From Candidatus Fermentimicrarchaeum limneticum (GTDB lineage Archaea > Micrarchaeota > Micrarchaeia > Burarchaeales > Fermentimicrarchaeaceae): a DNA stretch of 64,000 nt. Location: contig CP058998.1 in assembly GCA_013426015.1 (NCBI GenBank), forward strand, positions 724,071-788,070, in the 5' to 3' direction. Shown here one piece after another: positions 50,930 through 61,821 of this stretch (positions within the stretch are counted from its first letter, which is position 1; every line of letters starts with the position of its first letter). The notes under the pieces are model-generated. The model was not told the origin of the DNA. It saw only the letters and a list, made by a program, of their open reading frames with translations, and ran no database searches. The position numbers and the translations under genes were made by a program.

Positions 50930-53900
50930 GTGAGTTTTGGAAAGGCTACAGCTCCTTTTAGCAAGTGCAGAGAAGGCTGTTAGTAGTGGACGGGCTCACG
51001 GATCGCTTACGCTTTCCATCTACACCCCCACTCTATCAACAGGATCTGCTATCCTGGCCTTGAACTGCCTCGTTTTGAGAATGGTTTCGACCTTAGATGC
51101 TTTCAGGTCTTATCCTTTGGCGCGTGGCTGCCCGGCGATGCTTGACACAACCGGTATACTAGAGGCGCCGGTTCCCCGTTCCTCTCGTACTCGGGGAGCC
51201 ATACTCTCAAGCAGTCAACACTCCTAGGAGATACTACCGAACTGTCTCGCGACGTTCTGAACCCAGCTCGTGTAAGTCTTTAATGGATGAACAACCCAAC
51301 CCTTGGTGGCTCCTGCACCACCAGGATGACTTAGGCCGACAGCGATGTACCAAACCGCAAGGTCGATATGTACTCTCGCCTGCGACGAGCCTGTTACCCC
51401 CGGGGTAGCTTGTCTGTCAGCTTGGACCCTCAACAAAAGGGATTCCAAGGTTCGTTAAGCCCCTCTTTCGAGTCTGAATCCCACGCTTTTAAGGATTCAG
51501 TCAGCCATGCATTTGTCTTTAACCCTTACCAGCGGATTTCTGACCCGCTTAAGCATAGCATTGGGCGCCCTTGTTTCCTTATCGAGGGCGTACCGCCCCA
51601 GCCAAACTATCCATCTGCCGATGTTCCCTTACAGGTGAGGAACACAGCAACTGAAGAGCAGTGTTTCACTTTCGCATTCATACCCCCCGCAAGGGGCATT
51701 TCGACGCTCCTGCTTACGCTGTGCAACAACCACCGTATTCCAACGACAGACTATAGTAAAGCTCCACGGGGTCTTCGTTTCCCCCTAGAAGTCCTCGGCA
51801 TCTTCACCGAGTAGTGAGTTCACCAGGTCCCAGGTAGGGACAGCGGGACGCTCGTTATGCCATTCATGCAAGCCACCAATTAAGCGGCGAGGTATTACGC
51901 TACCTTAAGAGGGTCAGAGTTACCCCCGCTCTTTGCTGGTGCTTTGCTCCATTGAACTGGAGTTTGACATACCAGTAGTGAGCAGGCATCGCCCCCTATA
52001 CTAAGCCTTTCGACTTTGCAGGGAGCTGTGTTTTTGATATACAGTCGACGTCCCCTTGTCACTGCGACCTGCGATTGCAGCTTGCGCCACAATTGCAGGC
52101 ATGGCTTCTTCCTAAGTTACGCCACTGGATTGCCGAGTTCCCTTACCTGAGTTTTCCTGACACGCCTTGGCTTTCTCTGCCAGCAGCACCTGTACTAGTT
52201 CTAGGTACGATCTCGCGGAATCGCTGCCAGCTTCCTTTTCACGGGCTCAAGGAATCAACGGAACCACCTTGCGGCGGCCTTCCCAGAGTTAGACTGCTTC
52301 TCCTCATAACGAGTCTCTGCAGTCCTGCAGAGGTTAGATGAGCTCTCGCTCACTCCACCTATCCCCAAGCGTCAGAAGTGGCCTTGTGTCACCACGTCTA
52401 CCCACGAGGCACTGGGATCTTAACCAGTTTCCCGTTTGCTCTCGAGTAATTAGCTGAGAGCTTAGGATCGGCTTACTCTTAACTGACGAACATTGTTAAG
52501 AAAACCGTGTGCTATCCGGCGTCCAGGATTCTCACCTGGATTCGCTGTTACTAACACCAAGATATTTATTTCTGACAGGTCCATTGGAGCTCACGCCCCA
52601 ACTTCTACCCAGCCAGAACACCCCCCTACCAGATGATGCTTGTGGCATCCTCCGGGGTCTCGGCACCTGACTTAGCCCCGGTAATCTTCGGAGCCTGCAC
52701 TCTCGACTGGTCCGCTGTTACGCGTTGTTTAAAGGATGGCTGCTTCTGAGCCTACCTTCCAGCTGTTTAAGAATGGGGACTCCTTTGTGATTAGCACTCA
52801 GTCAGGATTTAGGGGCCTTAACCTCGGTCTCGGTCGTTCCCGTCCCGGCACACCAGCTTACCCGGTGCGCCCGACTCCCATCTTCTATGGTGATTATGAA
52901 TTCGGAGTTTGAGAAGACAGTGGAGCCTTTCGGCTCCGTTCTGCCTGATCAGTGCTCTACCTCATAATCAACCTCTGATGGGGCTATCCTACAGGATACT
53001 TCGGGGGGGACCCGCTATCGCCAAGTTCGATAGGACTATCACCCCTACACGCAAGTCACCCGAGCAGATATACTAGCACCGGTTGCGGGCCTCCACCAAT
53101 CGGAGGATCGGCTTCGCCCTGCTCGCGTGTAGATCACATTGGCTTCGGGTCTGCAGGAAGTGATTCATGGCACTTTCGTACCACCTGCCTCACACCTTGC
53201 GGTGCTGCGCAGTCTCGCTTTCGCTCAGCCTTTCGGCTCACCACTTCCAGCAACTCCTTGGCTCTTGCTTCAAGAAGAACGATACAACCCTGCTCAATCT
53301 CCCGTCGCTTTATATATTTCTACATATCGCTTCTGGGAGACCGCATTCCTTTCGGGCTGTACCCTCTGTAGCCACTCAGTTTCAGGTTCTTTTAACTCCC
53401 CTTTCGGGGTGCTTTTCAGCGTTCGCTCGCGCTACTTTACGCTATCGGTCTCAGGTTATATTTAGAGTTGGGAGTTGTTGCTCCCGTGTTCGCGCCCAAT
53501 ACTCGATGGACGCTACTCTGCACATCCCCTCACCCTCCGCTTTTCGCATACGAGGCTGTCACTCTCTTTGGCAGCGCTTTCCAGTGCACTTCAGCTAGAC
53601 GGAAGGAGAATGGAATGAATCACATCTCCTGCAAGTTGCCCTGCAGGATTCGAATTGCCTCTGTGGGGCGTTCAATCGCCTTTACTGACCCCATACCAGT
53701 TGGTTTCTTTTCCTGGGGGTACTAAGATGTTTCAATTCCCCCCGTGCTCCTTCGCCTCTTTTGGAGGTGAATTATTCGGCAATCCCAGGTTCAATGGCTG
53801 CCTGCGCCTACCCTGGGCTTATCGCAGCTTGCTACGGCCTTCATCGCTACCTGAGCCAAGCCATCCCCTGAATGGCATACTCACTGCACTCGTTTTTGCC
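50930..53900 (-). rRNA. 23S ribosomal RNA (boundaries approximate, +/-50 nt)
   Basis: Minus strand contains AGUACGAGAGGAAC sarcin-ricin loop, CUGAAAGCAUCUAAG near 3' end, and 5'-region GGAUGGCUUGGC...GAUGAAGGCCGUAGCAAGCUGCGAUAAGCC. Confidence 0.9.
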
Positions 53901-53991
53901 AGGAACTATAGCTTCTATTCCACTCACGGCCTCATCAATATCAGCCACTTCATTCAGGAAATTTTCCTGAATTGCATATGACGTACGGAAA

Positions 53992-54086
53992 TGGACTCGG
54001 CGAGATGTTCAGCAGTTTGGAAACTACTTTTGAACTCGCGGCCTCCTCCTCGCAAAGGAGGCGCTCTACCACTGAGCTACGAGCCC
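53992..54086 (-). tRNA. tRNA-Ala (anticodon UGC) in the 16S-23S spacer, with ~23-nt intron in the T-loop
   Basis: Hand-fold: acceptor GGGCUCG/CGAGUCC+A73, D-arm GCUC-AGUGGUA-GAGC, anticodon arm CCUCC-UUUGCGA-GGAGG, T-stem GCGAG...CUCGC with TTCAAA[insert]T loop; 95 nt. Confidence 0.75.
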
Positions 54087-54595
54087 ATCGGCTTCAAGAA
54101 CTATTAGGAGTGAGCGTATTGATGTTCGCTTACCTTGCACTCACACTTTTTCATTCTCGTATCATGGAACGAAAATTTAAGGAGGTGATCTATCCGCAGG
54201 TTCCCCTACGGATACCTTGTTACGACTTAGCCCCTCTCATGACGAATTAGCTCGACGAGATCCGAAGGGATCCCGCCTCACTAAAACTTCATTTGAGTGA
54301 CTTGACGGGCGGTGTGTGCAAGGAGCGGGGACGTATTCACCGCTCGATGTTGACAAGCGATTACTAGGGATTCCAGCTTCATGAGGGCGAGTTTCAGCCC
54401 TCAATCCGAACCTAGGCCGAGTTTGGGGATTAGCTCCTCCTCTCGGAGTGGCAACCCATTGTCTCGACCATTGTATGCCACGTGTAGCCCGGGAGATTCA
54501 GGGCATACTGACCTACCGTTGCCGTCTCCTTCCTCCTGTTTAACACAGGCAGTCCCAACAGAGTGCTTCATCTCCGGAGAGATGAATAGCAACTG

Positions 54596-55105
54596 TCAGC
54601 GACGGTCTCGCTCGTTTCCGGACCGCATGAGTGCTTTTTTTACTTCGGAGTGCTTCATAGAATCCTTGACAAAAACAATGAATTCCCTTGGAGTCATTAT
54701 TGCCAGCCTTCCTTTGATGAATCTGGTTCTGAAGCCCAGAAGCTCAAGTAGCATCTGGTCCTTGTACGAAGCACGCGCCAGGTAAGGCGTGTCCCCCTCT
54801 ACCCCGCCGCAGGAATCGAACATCCCTGCAACGTATGAGGAGGAGTATCTGTTCCTTTTCCTGAAAACATCTATTTGATTCTTCTCAGCTCCCTCAAAGA
54901 ATGTCCTGTACGCTGAATGATAGAAGTACACGTCCCTGTCAGTCATCTGTATCTTCTCTGGAGGAATCTTCAGCGTCTTCATTATTTCTTTCAGGAAAAT
55001 CTCCCTGATCTCTCCGCTGCCTCGTATTCCGATTCCACTGGGAACCCTCCTTCCTTTCCATAAACCTATTAGGTATGCCAGTTCAGGCGTCATTTTAATT
55101 CTCAT
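54596..55105 (-). CDS. LAGLIDADG-like homing endonuclease ORF encoded in the 16S rRNA intron (motif 1 degenerate)
   Basis: Two LAGLIDADG-type motifs (LAYLIGLWKG lacking acidic residues; YVAGMFDSCGGV); ORF 3' end runs ~22 nt into the downstream exon. Confidence 0.6.
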   Translation of the reverse strand: MRIKMTPELAYLIGLWKGRRVPSGIGIRGSGEIREIFLKEIMKTLKIPPEKIQMTDRDVYFYHSAYRTFFEGAEKNQIDVFRKRNRYSSSYVAGMFDSCGGVEGDTPYLARASYKDQMLLELLGFRTRFIKGRLAIMTPREFIVFVKDSMKHSEVKKALMRSGNERDRR

Positions 55106-55147
55106 TCTCTCACTCCAAAACGGATGCACTCATGCGATTTACCGGAC
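54618..55147 (-). mobile_element. 16S rRNA intron (archaeal bulge-helix-bulge type) carrying an endonuclease-like ORF
   Basis: Insertion between GGUUAAGUCCGG and AACGAGCGAGACC; flanks GCAUGAGUGC / GCACUCAUGC can pair; GUCCGG duplicated at both junctions. Confidence 0.8.
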
Positions 55148-55287
55148 TTAACCGGACACTTCACAGCACGAGCTGACGATGGCCATGCACCACCTCTCGG
55201 CTCGTCAGGTAAGATCTTCAGTCTGACCTTCATACTGCCGTCGCTCCCGGTGATATTCCCGGCGTTGAATCCAATTAAACCGCAGCA

Positions 55288-55330
<43 letters not shown>

Positions 55331-56415
55331 ACCTTGCGGCCGTACTCCCCAGGCGGCAGACTTAACACTTACGCTACGGCACTGCCACAGCACTAAGCTA
55401 TGGCAACACCACAGTCTGCATAATTTACTGCTAGGGCTACTCGGGTATCTAATCCGATTCGTTCTCCTAGCCTTCGTCCCTCACTGTCGGACGCGTTTTG
55501 GCCAAGCGCCTTCGCCACTGGGAGTCCTCACAGGATTAACGGATTTTACCCCTACCCCGTGAGTACTCTTGGCCTCCCCCGCTCCCAAGCCCGTCAGTAT
55601 TCTCTGCACTCCTTCAAGTTGAGCTTGAAGATTTCACAGAGAACTTAGCGGGCCAGCTACGGACTCTTTAAGCCCAATATTCGTGGATACCACTCGAGCT
55701 GCCGGTGTTACCGCGGCGGCTGTCACCGGTCTTGCCCAGCTCTTATTCCGCAAGCTCCTTAAGCTTACGAAAAGATGCTCGCGTGGAGCATCACTCAGAA
55801 TCCCCTCGTCACGCTTTCGCGCATTGCGAAGGTTTCGCGCCTGCTGCATCCCGTAGGACTGGAGCCCTTGTCTCAGTGCTCCTCTGGGGGCGCCAACTCC
55901 CATTGCCCCCACCGATTATCGGCTTGGTGGGCCGTTACCCCACCAACTACCTAATCGGAAGCAGTCTCATCCTAAGGCAGACATGGCTGCATTTCGCCAC
56001 GCTGTTTGGGCTATGAAGCTTTCCAGCATCCATAACCTATGTGGTATTAGCCTCAGTTTCCCGAGGTTATCCCCCTCCTTAGGGCAGATTGACCACTCGC
56101 TACTCAGCCGTATGCCACCCCTCCTTGCAGAAGGGGTAGACTTGCATGGCTTAGTCGAATTCTGATAGCAGTACCCTCCAGCAGGATCAACTGGAATTAG
56201 AGCACACTATTCTTCCGCAAGTTCGGCGAAAAGACACCACTATCGCTCACTTCTCCTGTTCTTGAAGCCAGAGTCAAATCCAAACAAGCTTGGATTTCCA
56301 TCGATATTATGCGCTATAGAGGAAGGGTATATCTCACAGCACGAAATAGAATTCGCGCTCCATTTACGCCGTAATCTACAGCGTCCGCACGGCGAAAGAA
56401 GATTATGCACTCTCT

Positions 56416-56425
56416 TATTTAAATA
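56416..56425 (-). promoter_or_regulatory. TATA-box-like element upstream of the rRNA operon
   Basis: TATTTAAATA ~220 bp upstream of 16S 5' end, consistent with a processed leader. Confidence 0.3.
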
Positions 56426-56501
56426 CTTTACGGTAGAAACACCGACGGAAAGATTCCTGGAATTTCCATGTAGTTTTGGTTTTTTTTATTTATGAATATT
56501 C

Positions 56502-56882
56502 CTACAGATTACCGACGAGCATGTATTTGAATTCTCCCCCTTTACTGCATCTGTATGCCCCGTAGAGCGCATATAGGGAGAGGAGTGTGTACACAACAAA
56601 CTCGATTTCCTTTACTAGCAAATCGTCAACTTTCTGCACTCTTCCATCTGCAGCCGGGGAGAGCAGAATTATAAATTCTCCTCCGAATGAAATGACAAGA
56701 ATGAGAAGCAAAGCAAATATCTGGTAGTATGTTGCCTGTCTTGCCTGCCCCTCCGAGTATTTGGAATGCTTCATGGTTTTCCAGATAAGCAAAGGGAGAA
56801 TGAAAGAGTAGCGGAAGAAGAAGCCAACCAGTATGCTGGCATGCGCGATTAAAGAAATCTGAACGGAGCGTCTGTCAACCAT
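56502..56882 (-). CDS. Hypothetical membrane protein
   Basis: 126 aa, 3 hydrophobic segments, ATG start. Confidence 0.45.
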   Translation of the reverse strand: MVDRRSVQISLIAHASILVGFFFRYSFILPLLIWKTMKHSKYSEGQARQATYYQIFALLLILVISFGGEFIILLSPAADGRVQKVDDLLVKEIEFVVYTLLSLYALYGAYRCSKGGEFKYMLVGNL

Positions 56883-56890
56883 CCTCTCAG

Positions 56891-57277
56891 CTACAGGTAA
56901 TCCTTGAGGATTTCAACCGCCTTGTCTGGTTTGTTCACCTTTACGGCGAAGAGACCCTTGCTTTCCTCCTTCCTCAGGAAGAGGACGCTTCTTATGTTCA
57001 CCCCTGCCTCGGCAAGGGTCAGCGCCACTTTGGCAAGCTCTCCGGGCTGGTCGTCTATTTTCAGAACAATCACATCAGAAGCAGTCACCTTGAAGCCTGC
57101 ATCCTCAAGCAGCTTGGTGGCCTCATTCTCTCTGGATGCAACCAGATGTATTATCGCATCCTTCCCAAGAGTTTCAACTGAGACAGAATCTATGTTTATG
57201 TTCTTGTCACCTAGAATCTTTGATATCTGGGCTAGAAGGCCAACGCGGTCCTTCGCGACTACTATAAGTTCCCTCAT
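56891..57277 (-). CDS. ACT-domain protein (tandem ACT, putative small-molecule sensor)
   Basis: Two repeats of the ACT-like pattern (GLLAQISKILGDKNINI..., GELAKVALTLAEAGVNI...). Confidence 0.65.
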   Translation of the reverse strand: MRELIVVAKDRVGLLAQISKILGDKNINIDSVSVETLGKDAIIHLVASRENEATKLLEDAGFKVTASDVIVLKIDDQPGELAKVALTLAEAGVNIRSVLFLRKEESKGLFAVKVNKPDKAVEILKDYL

Positions 57278-57330
57278 TATTCCACCAGAAGCAGATTTGT
57301 GAGGGGAGGTTTATAAAATATGTGGAGTGA

Positions 57331-57402
57331 AGCCCCAGGCGAGGATTGAACTCGCGGCCTTTTGCTTACCATGCAAACGCTCTACCACTGAGCTACTGGG
57401 GC
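57331..57402 (-). tRNA. tRNA-Thr (anticodon GGU), no intron
   Basis: Hand-fold: acceptor GCCCCAG/CTGGGGC, D-arm GCTC-AGTGGTA-GAGC, anticodon arm TTTGC-ATGGTAA-GCAAA, T-arm GCGAG-TTCAATC-CTCGC; 72 nt. Confidence 0.8.
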
Positions 57403-57409
57403 GTGCAGT

Positions 57410-58738
<1,329 letters not shown>

Positions 58739-58743
58739 TTATT

Positions 58744-58878
58744 CCCTTTAAATTAAAATAGTGGTGGTTGCTAATAGTGGTGGTTGCTTCTTCTTAGTAT
58801 GTTAAGGGAGGGAAGCAATTCTCTTCATAACCTATCATGTTTACGAGAATTGGGATAAAAGTTGCAACCACTATTAAA
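58744..58878. repeat. Short inverted-repeat element (~19-bp arms with an adjacent tandem copy) upstream of purA
   Basis: TTAAAATAGTGGTGGTTGC at 58744-58762, tandem ATAGTGGTGGTTGC at 58771-58785, inverted copy GCAACCACTATTAAAAT at 58862-58878. Confidence 0.5.
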
Positions 58879-59202
58879 ATCACTCCTGCAATAAGAAGTG
58901 TTATAGCCCAGAATTGAATTTTATCTCTCGTTTTAGAAGTAAATTTTAAACTGCCTAAGTATACCAAAACGGCAAGAAACTAGTATACAAGAGCAACTGT
59001 TGGGAAAATTCCGGAAAAAATAATTCTGAAACAGGTTAATTTGAAGGTGAAGGCGGTTAAAATCCAGAGGTATACAATACCCAAGACTACGCCGATTATC
59101 GCAAGCATAGAGCTTGCAAGCATAACTTTTGCATATTCTACAATCTTGTTGTTCATAATTTGAGGATATAGATCGTGGTGTATATTAAGATTGTCATAGC
59201 TA

Positions 59203-59817
59203 ATGAAATCTGAAGCAATAATAAACTATTACTTCCAAAATGAATCAGGTGGTTTGTTGAGGTTTCCGCCCATAATGCGCAATTTGAAGAGAGGTCCGCA
59301 GGTTGTGCTACCGAAGGATTTCGGGATGGTTGCCGCTTTCACAGGAATTGGCAAGAAAAGCACTGTTGTGGATGCAGGCACAGGAAGCGGGTTCCTTGCA
59401 ATAGCGCTTGGTAATATAGTAAAGAGCGTTGTCACCTATGAGAAGAGGGAGGACTTTGTGAAGCTTGCGGAGAGGAACATCAAGGCAAGCGGGTTGAGGA
59501 ATGTCAAAATAAAAAGGAAAGATGTCTTCAAGGGAATAAGTGAAAGGGATGTGGATTTGGTGACGCTGGACTTGGCAGATTCCGAGAAGGCCATCAGACA
59601 TGCAAAGAGAGCATTGAAGGATGGGGGGTATGCTGTTGGCTTCCTGCCAAACATGGAGCAGGTGAAGGAGTTTGTGAGGGAGCTGGAGAAGAACAAATTC
59701 TCAGAAGTTTTCACGATGGAATGCATAACAAGAGAAATTCTTGTCAGGGAACAGGGAGTGAGACCTGAGAACATGGGGCTGATGCACACGGTGTATCTTA
59801 CTTTCGGGAGAAAGTAG
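59203..59817 (+). CDS. trmI: SAM-dependent tRNA methyltransferase, TrmI-like (tRNA m1A)
   Basis: VVDAGTGSGFLAIAL SAM-binding motif; C-terminal ...RPENMGLMHTVYLTFGRK resembles TrmI/Gcd14. Confidence 0.65.
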   Translation: MKSEAIINYYFQNESGGLLRFPPIMRNLKRGPQVVLPKDFGMVAAFTGIGKKSTVVDAGTGSGFLAIALGNIVKSVVTYEKREDFVKLAERNIKASGLRNVKIKRKDVFKGISERDVDLVTLDLADSEKAIRHAKRALKDGGYAVGFLPNMEQVKEFVRELEKNKFSEVFTMECITREILVREQGVRPENMGLMHTVYLTFGRK

Positions 59818-60351
59818 TCAGATAAGCTTCTTCTCATAGACATTCTCATAAACCGGTCCTTTGGGAGTCAGGGTGCTCTTCTTGAGAAGAATCCTGTCAA
59901 CCGTGCAGTCTCCGAGTTCAGTCTCGGCGTTCGTCTCAAGGAATTCAATCAGCTTTGTTTTGTCTTTCAGGAATTTCACCCTCGCCAGCGTTATATGGGG
60001 CGAGAAATCTTCTTTCTTGAAACCAAGCCTTGCAAGCTCCCCTCCAAGTTGGTCGTGGATACTCTTCAGCTCAGGTGCGTCAACACCGACCCAGATAACT
60101 CGTATGTAATTCCTGTTGGGGAATGCCCCGGCACAGTTGCAGCTCATCTCAAACTTTCTGCAGTTCACCTTTTCCATTGCCTGGGTTACCTTGCCCTTCA
60201 TGGTGTCGTCTATCTCTCCTAGGAAGTGCATGGTTAGATGCAGGTTCTCCTTCTCAACAAGCTTCACTCCGTCAATGGAGAGCTGCTTCTGCAGTTCTGC
60301 CATCTTCTCCCTTAGCCGTTCGTCCACTTCAACTGCAATGAAAGTTCGCAT
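59818..60351 (-). CDS. thpR: RNA 2',3'-cyclic phosphodiesterase (2H phosphoesterase, ThpR/LigT family)
   Basis: Two H-x-T-x motifs (HLTMHFLG, PHITLARV); 177 aa from ATG 60351. Confidence 0.8.
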   Translation of the reverse strand: MRTFIAVEVDERLREKMAELQKQLSIDGVKLVEKENLHLTMHFLGEIDDTMKGKVTQAMEKVNCRKFEMSCNCAGAFPNRNYIRVIWVGVDAPELKSIHDQLGGELARLGFKKEDFSPHITLARVKFLKDKTKLIEFLETNAETELGDCTVDRILLKKSTLTPKGPVYENVYEKKLI

Positions 60352-60363
60352 ATGGTAATTTAA

Positions 60364-60939
60364 ATGAAAGCCAGATATAAGAGTTTTATGATTGTGATTG
60401 GCGTTGCAGGGCTGAGAGCAGCTGGCAAGAGCATTGCCAACGAAGTTGCAAAGGAGTTTGGGGTTAATTCGGTAGAAATGAGAAGCATAGTAGTTGACAT
60501 GATGAAGGAGAAGAGGATCGCGGTAACCAACAGGAGCCTTAGGGAATTCGCAGACGAATTGAGGAAGAAGGAAGGTTATGATGTTGTTGCGAGAAAGGTT
60601 ATTGAGAAGATCAAGAAGATGAATGAGAAGGCGCTTGTAGTGAACGGAATAAGAGGTTATGAGGAACTGAAGCGTTTCAGGGAGGCTTTCGGCGACAAGT
60701 TTATCCTCATAGGAGTTTTCGCTCCTCAGAAAATGAGATTTGAGAGGGTGATTAAGAGGAATCTGCCGGAGGATCCGAAGAGCTGGGAGGAGTTCGTGTG
60801 GGCTGACGAGAAGGAGCTGGGGTGGGGCACAGCGGACTCCTTCGCGTTCTCTGATCACATAATTGTGAATGCGGAGACGAAGGAGGAGATGAGGGAAGAG
60901 GTGCAAAAACTGCTGAAGAAGCTGCTTGCAAAAGGATAG
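60364..60939 (+). CDS. P-loop nucleotide kinase-like protein (archaeal dephospho-CoA kinase/UPF0200-like)
   Basis: Walker A GLRAAGKS; 191 aa; family assignment tentative. Confidence 0.55.
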   Translation: MKARYKSFMIVIGVAGLRAAGKSIANEVAKEFGVNSVEMRSIVVDMMKEKRIAVTNRSLREFADELRKKEGYDVVARKVIEKIKKMNEKALVVNGIRGYEELKRFREAFGDKFILIGVFAPQKMRFERVIKRNLPEDPKSWEEFVWADEKELGWGTADSFAFSDHIIVNAETKEEMREEVQKLLKKLLAKG

Positions 60940-60976
60940 ATTTTTATTGAACTTCTGAGATATCTGTGTGGTTAGA

Positions 60977-61816
60977 ATGAGAAAATTGTTTTGGGTGCTC
61001 ATCTTTGCGGCAGTGGCAGTTAACGCCACATACGTGAACATAAAGGAGCCCTTCCCATCAAGCGGTTTGGTTGAGAACAGCAGCATCTACATGGGCAAGG
61101 CGGCTCCTGGGCAGACGGTTTATATAGTTGCCGAGAGAGCAACGATAGACGCGGCTGGCGGGAGTATGATCTACATGGGGTGGGACAAGCTGGCGATTGA
61201 GGATTTGCCGGAAGGCTGGACCGCGGAGGACAGCCCGTGGTATGAGACCCCCATGAAGGCTAAGATAAGGATATCCCCTGACGCGAAGAACGGTACGAGA
61301 TATTATTTCAAGGCCAAGGCTGTGGATGAGGGGAACCTCAACGGCCTGGGAAATCTGACGATAAACGTTTCCATTGACGTGAGCGATGATGTTTTCAAGA
61401 TAGATGTCAGCCCGCCGGAAGTTGAAACGGGGGTTGGACAGCCGGCAATTTATTACATAGACATAGAGAACGAGGGGGCTGCAAGCGATACGTTCAGCAT
61501 CACCTCAAGAGGAGTGCCGGCATGGAAATTCAAGAAGGACGTATTCGTGCCGCATGCGATTGACGTCACTCTGCAGGCAAAGAAGACTGTTCCCTATGAG
61601 GTCGTGAGCAACGAGCAGAATGAGATGGACATATACATAAACGTTACATCCCTCTCAAGCGACCAGATAAGCAGGGAGGTTAGGGTGACGCTTAAAGCGA
61701 GACCCTCCCTGATTTCGGATTACAGGGCAACCGGCCATGGTTTGCTGGTGTTCCCGCTCATAGAGAGCCCTATATACTCGCTCATAGCGTTCTTCTCAAA
61801 TTCCTTCTTTAGGTAG
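60977..61816 (+). CDS. Secreted/cell-surface protein of unknown function with C-terminal membrane anchor
   Basis: N-terminal signal peptide (MRKLFWVLIFAAVAVNA), several N-x-S/T sequons, C-terminal hydrophobic segment. Confidence 0.5.
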   Translation: MRKLFWVLIFAAVAVNATYVNIKEPFPSSGLVENSSIYMGKAAPGQTVYIVAERATIDAAGGSMIYMGWDKLAIEDLPEGWTAEDSPWYETPMKAKIRISPDAKNGTRYYFKAKAVDEGNLNGLGNLTINVSIDVSDDVFKIDVSPPEVETGVGQPAIYYIDIENEGAASDTFSITSRGVPAWKFKKDVFVPHAIDVTLQAKKTVPYEVVSNEQNEMDIYINVTSLSSDQISREVRVTLKARPSLISDYRATGHGLLVFPLIESPIYSLIAFFSNSFFR

Positions 61817-61821
61817 AATGA

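Noticed and set aside
58744-58878. CRISPR array
   Set aside because: Only two tandem copies of a 14-19-bp motif plus one inverted copy; no regular repeat-spacer periodicity and no cas genes.
59818-61086. 422-aa ORF on the minus strand
   Set aside because: Only the C-terminal 177 aa form the 2H phosphoesterase; the upstream extension is antisense to the plus-strand P-loop kinase and secreted-protein genes.
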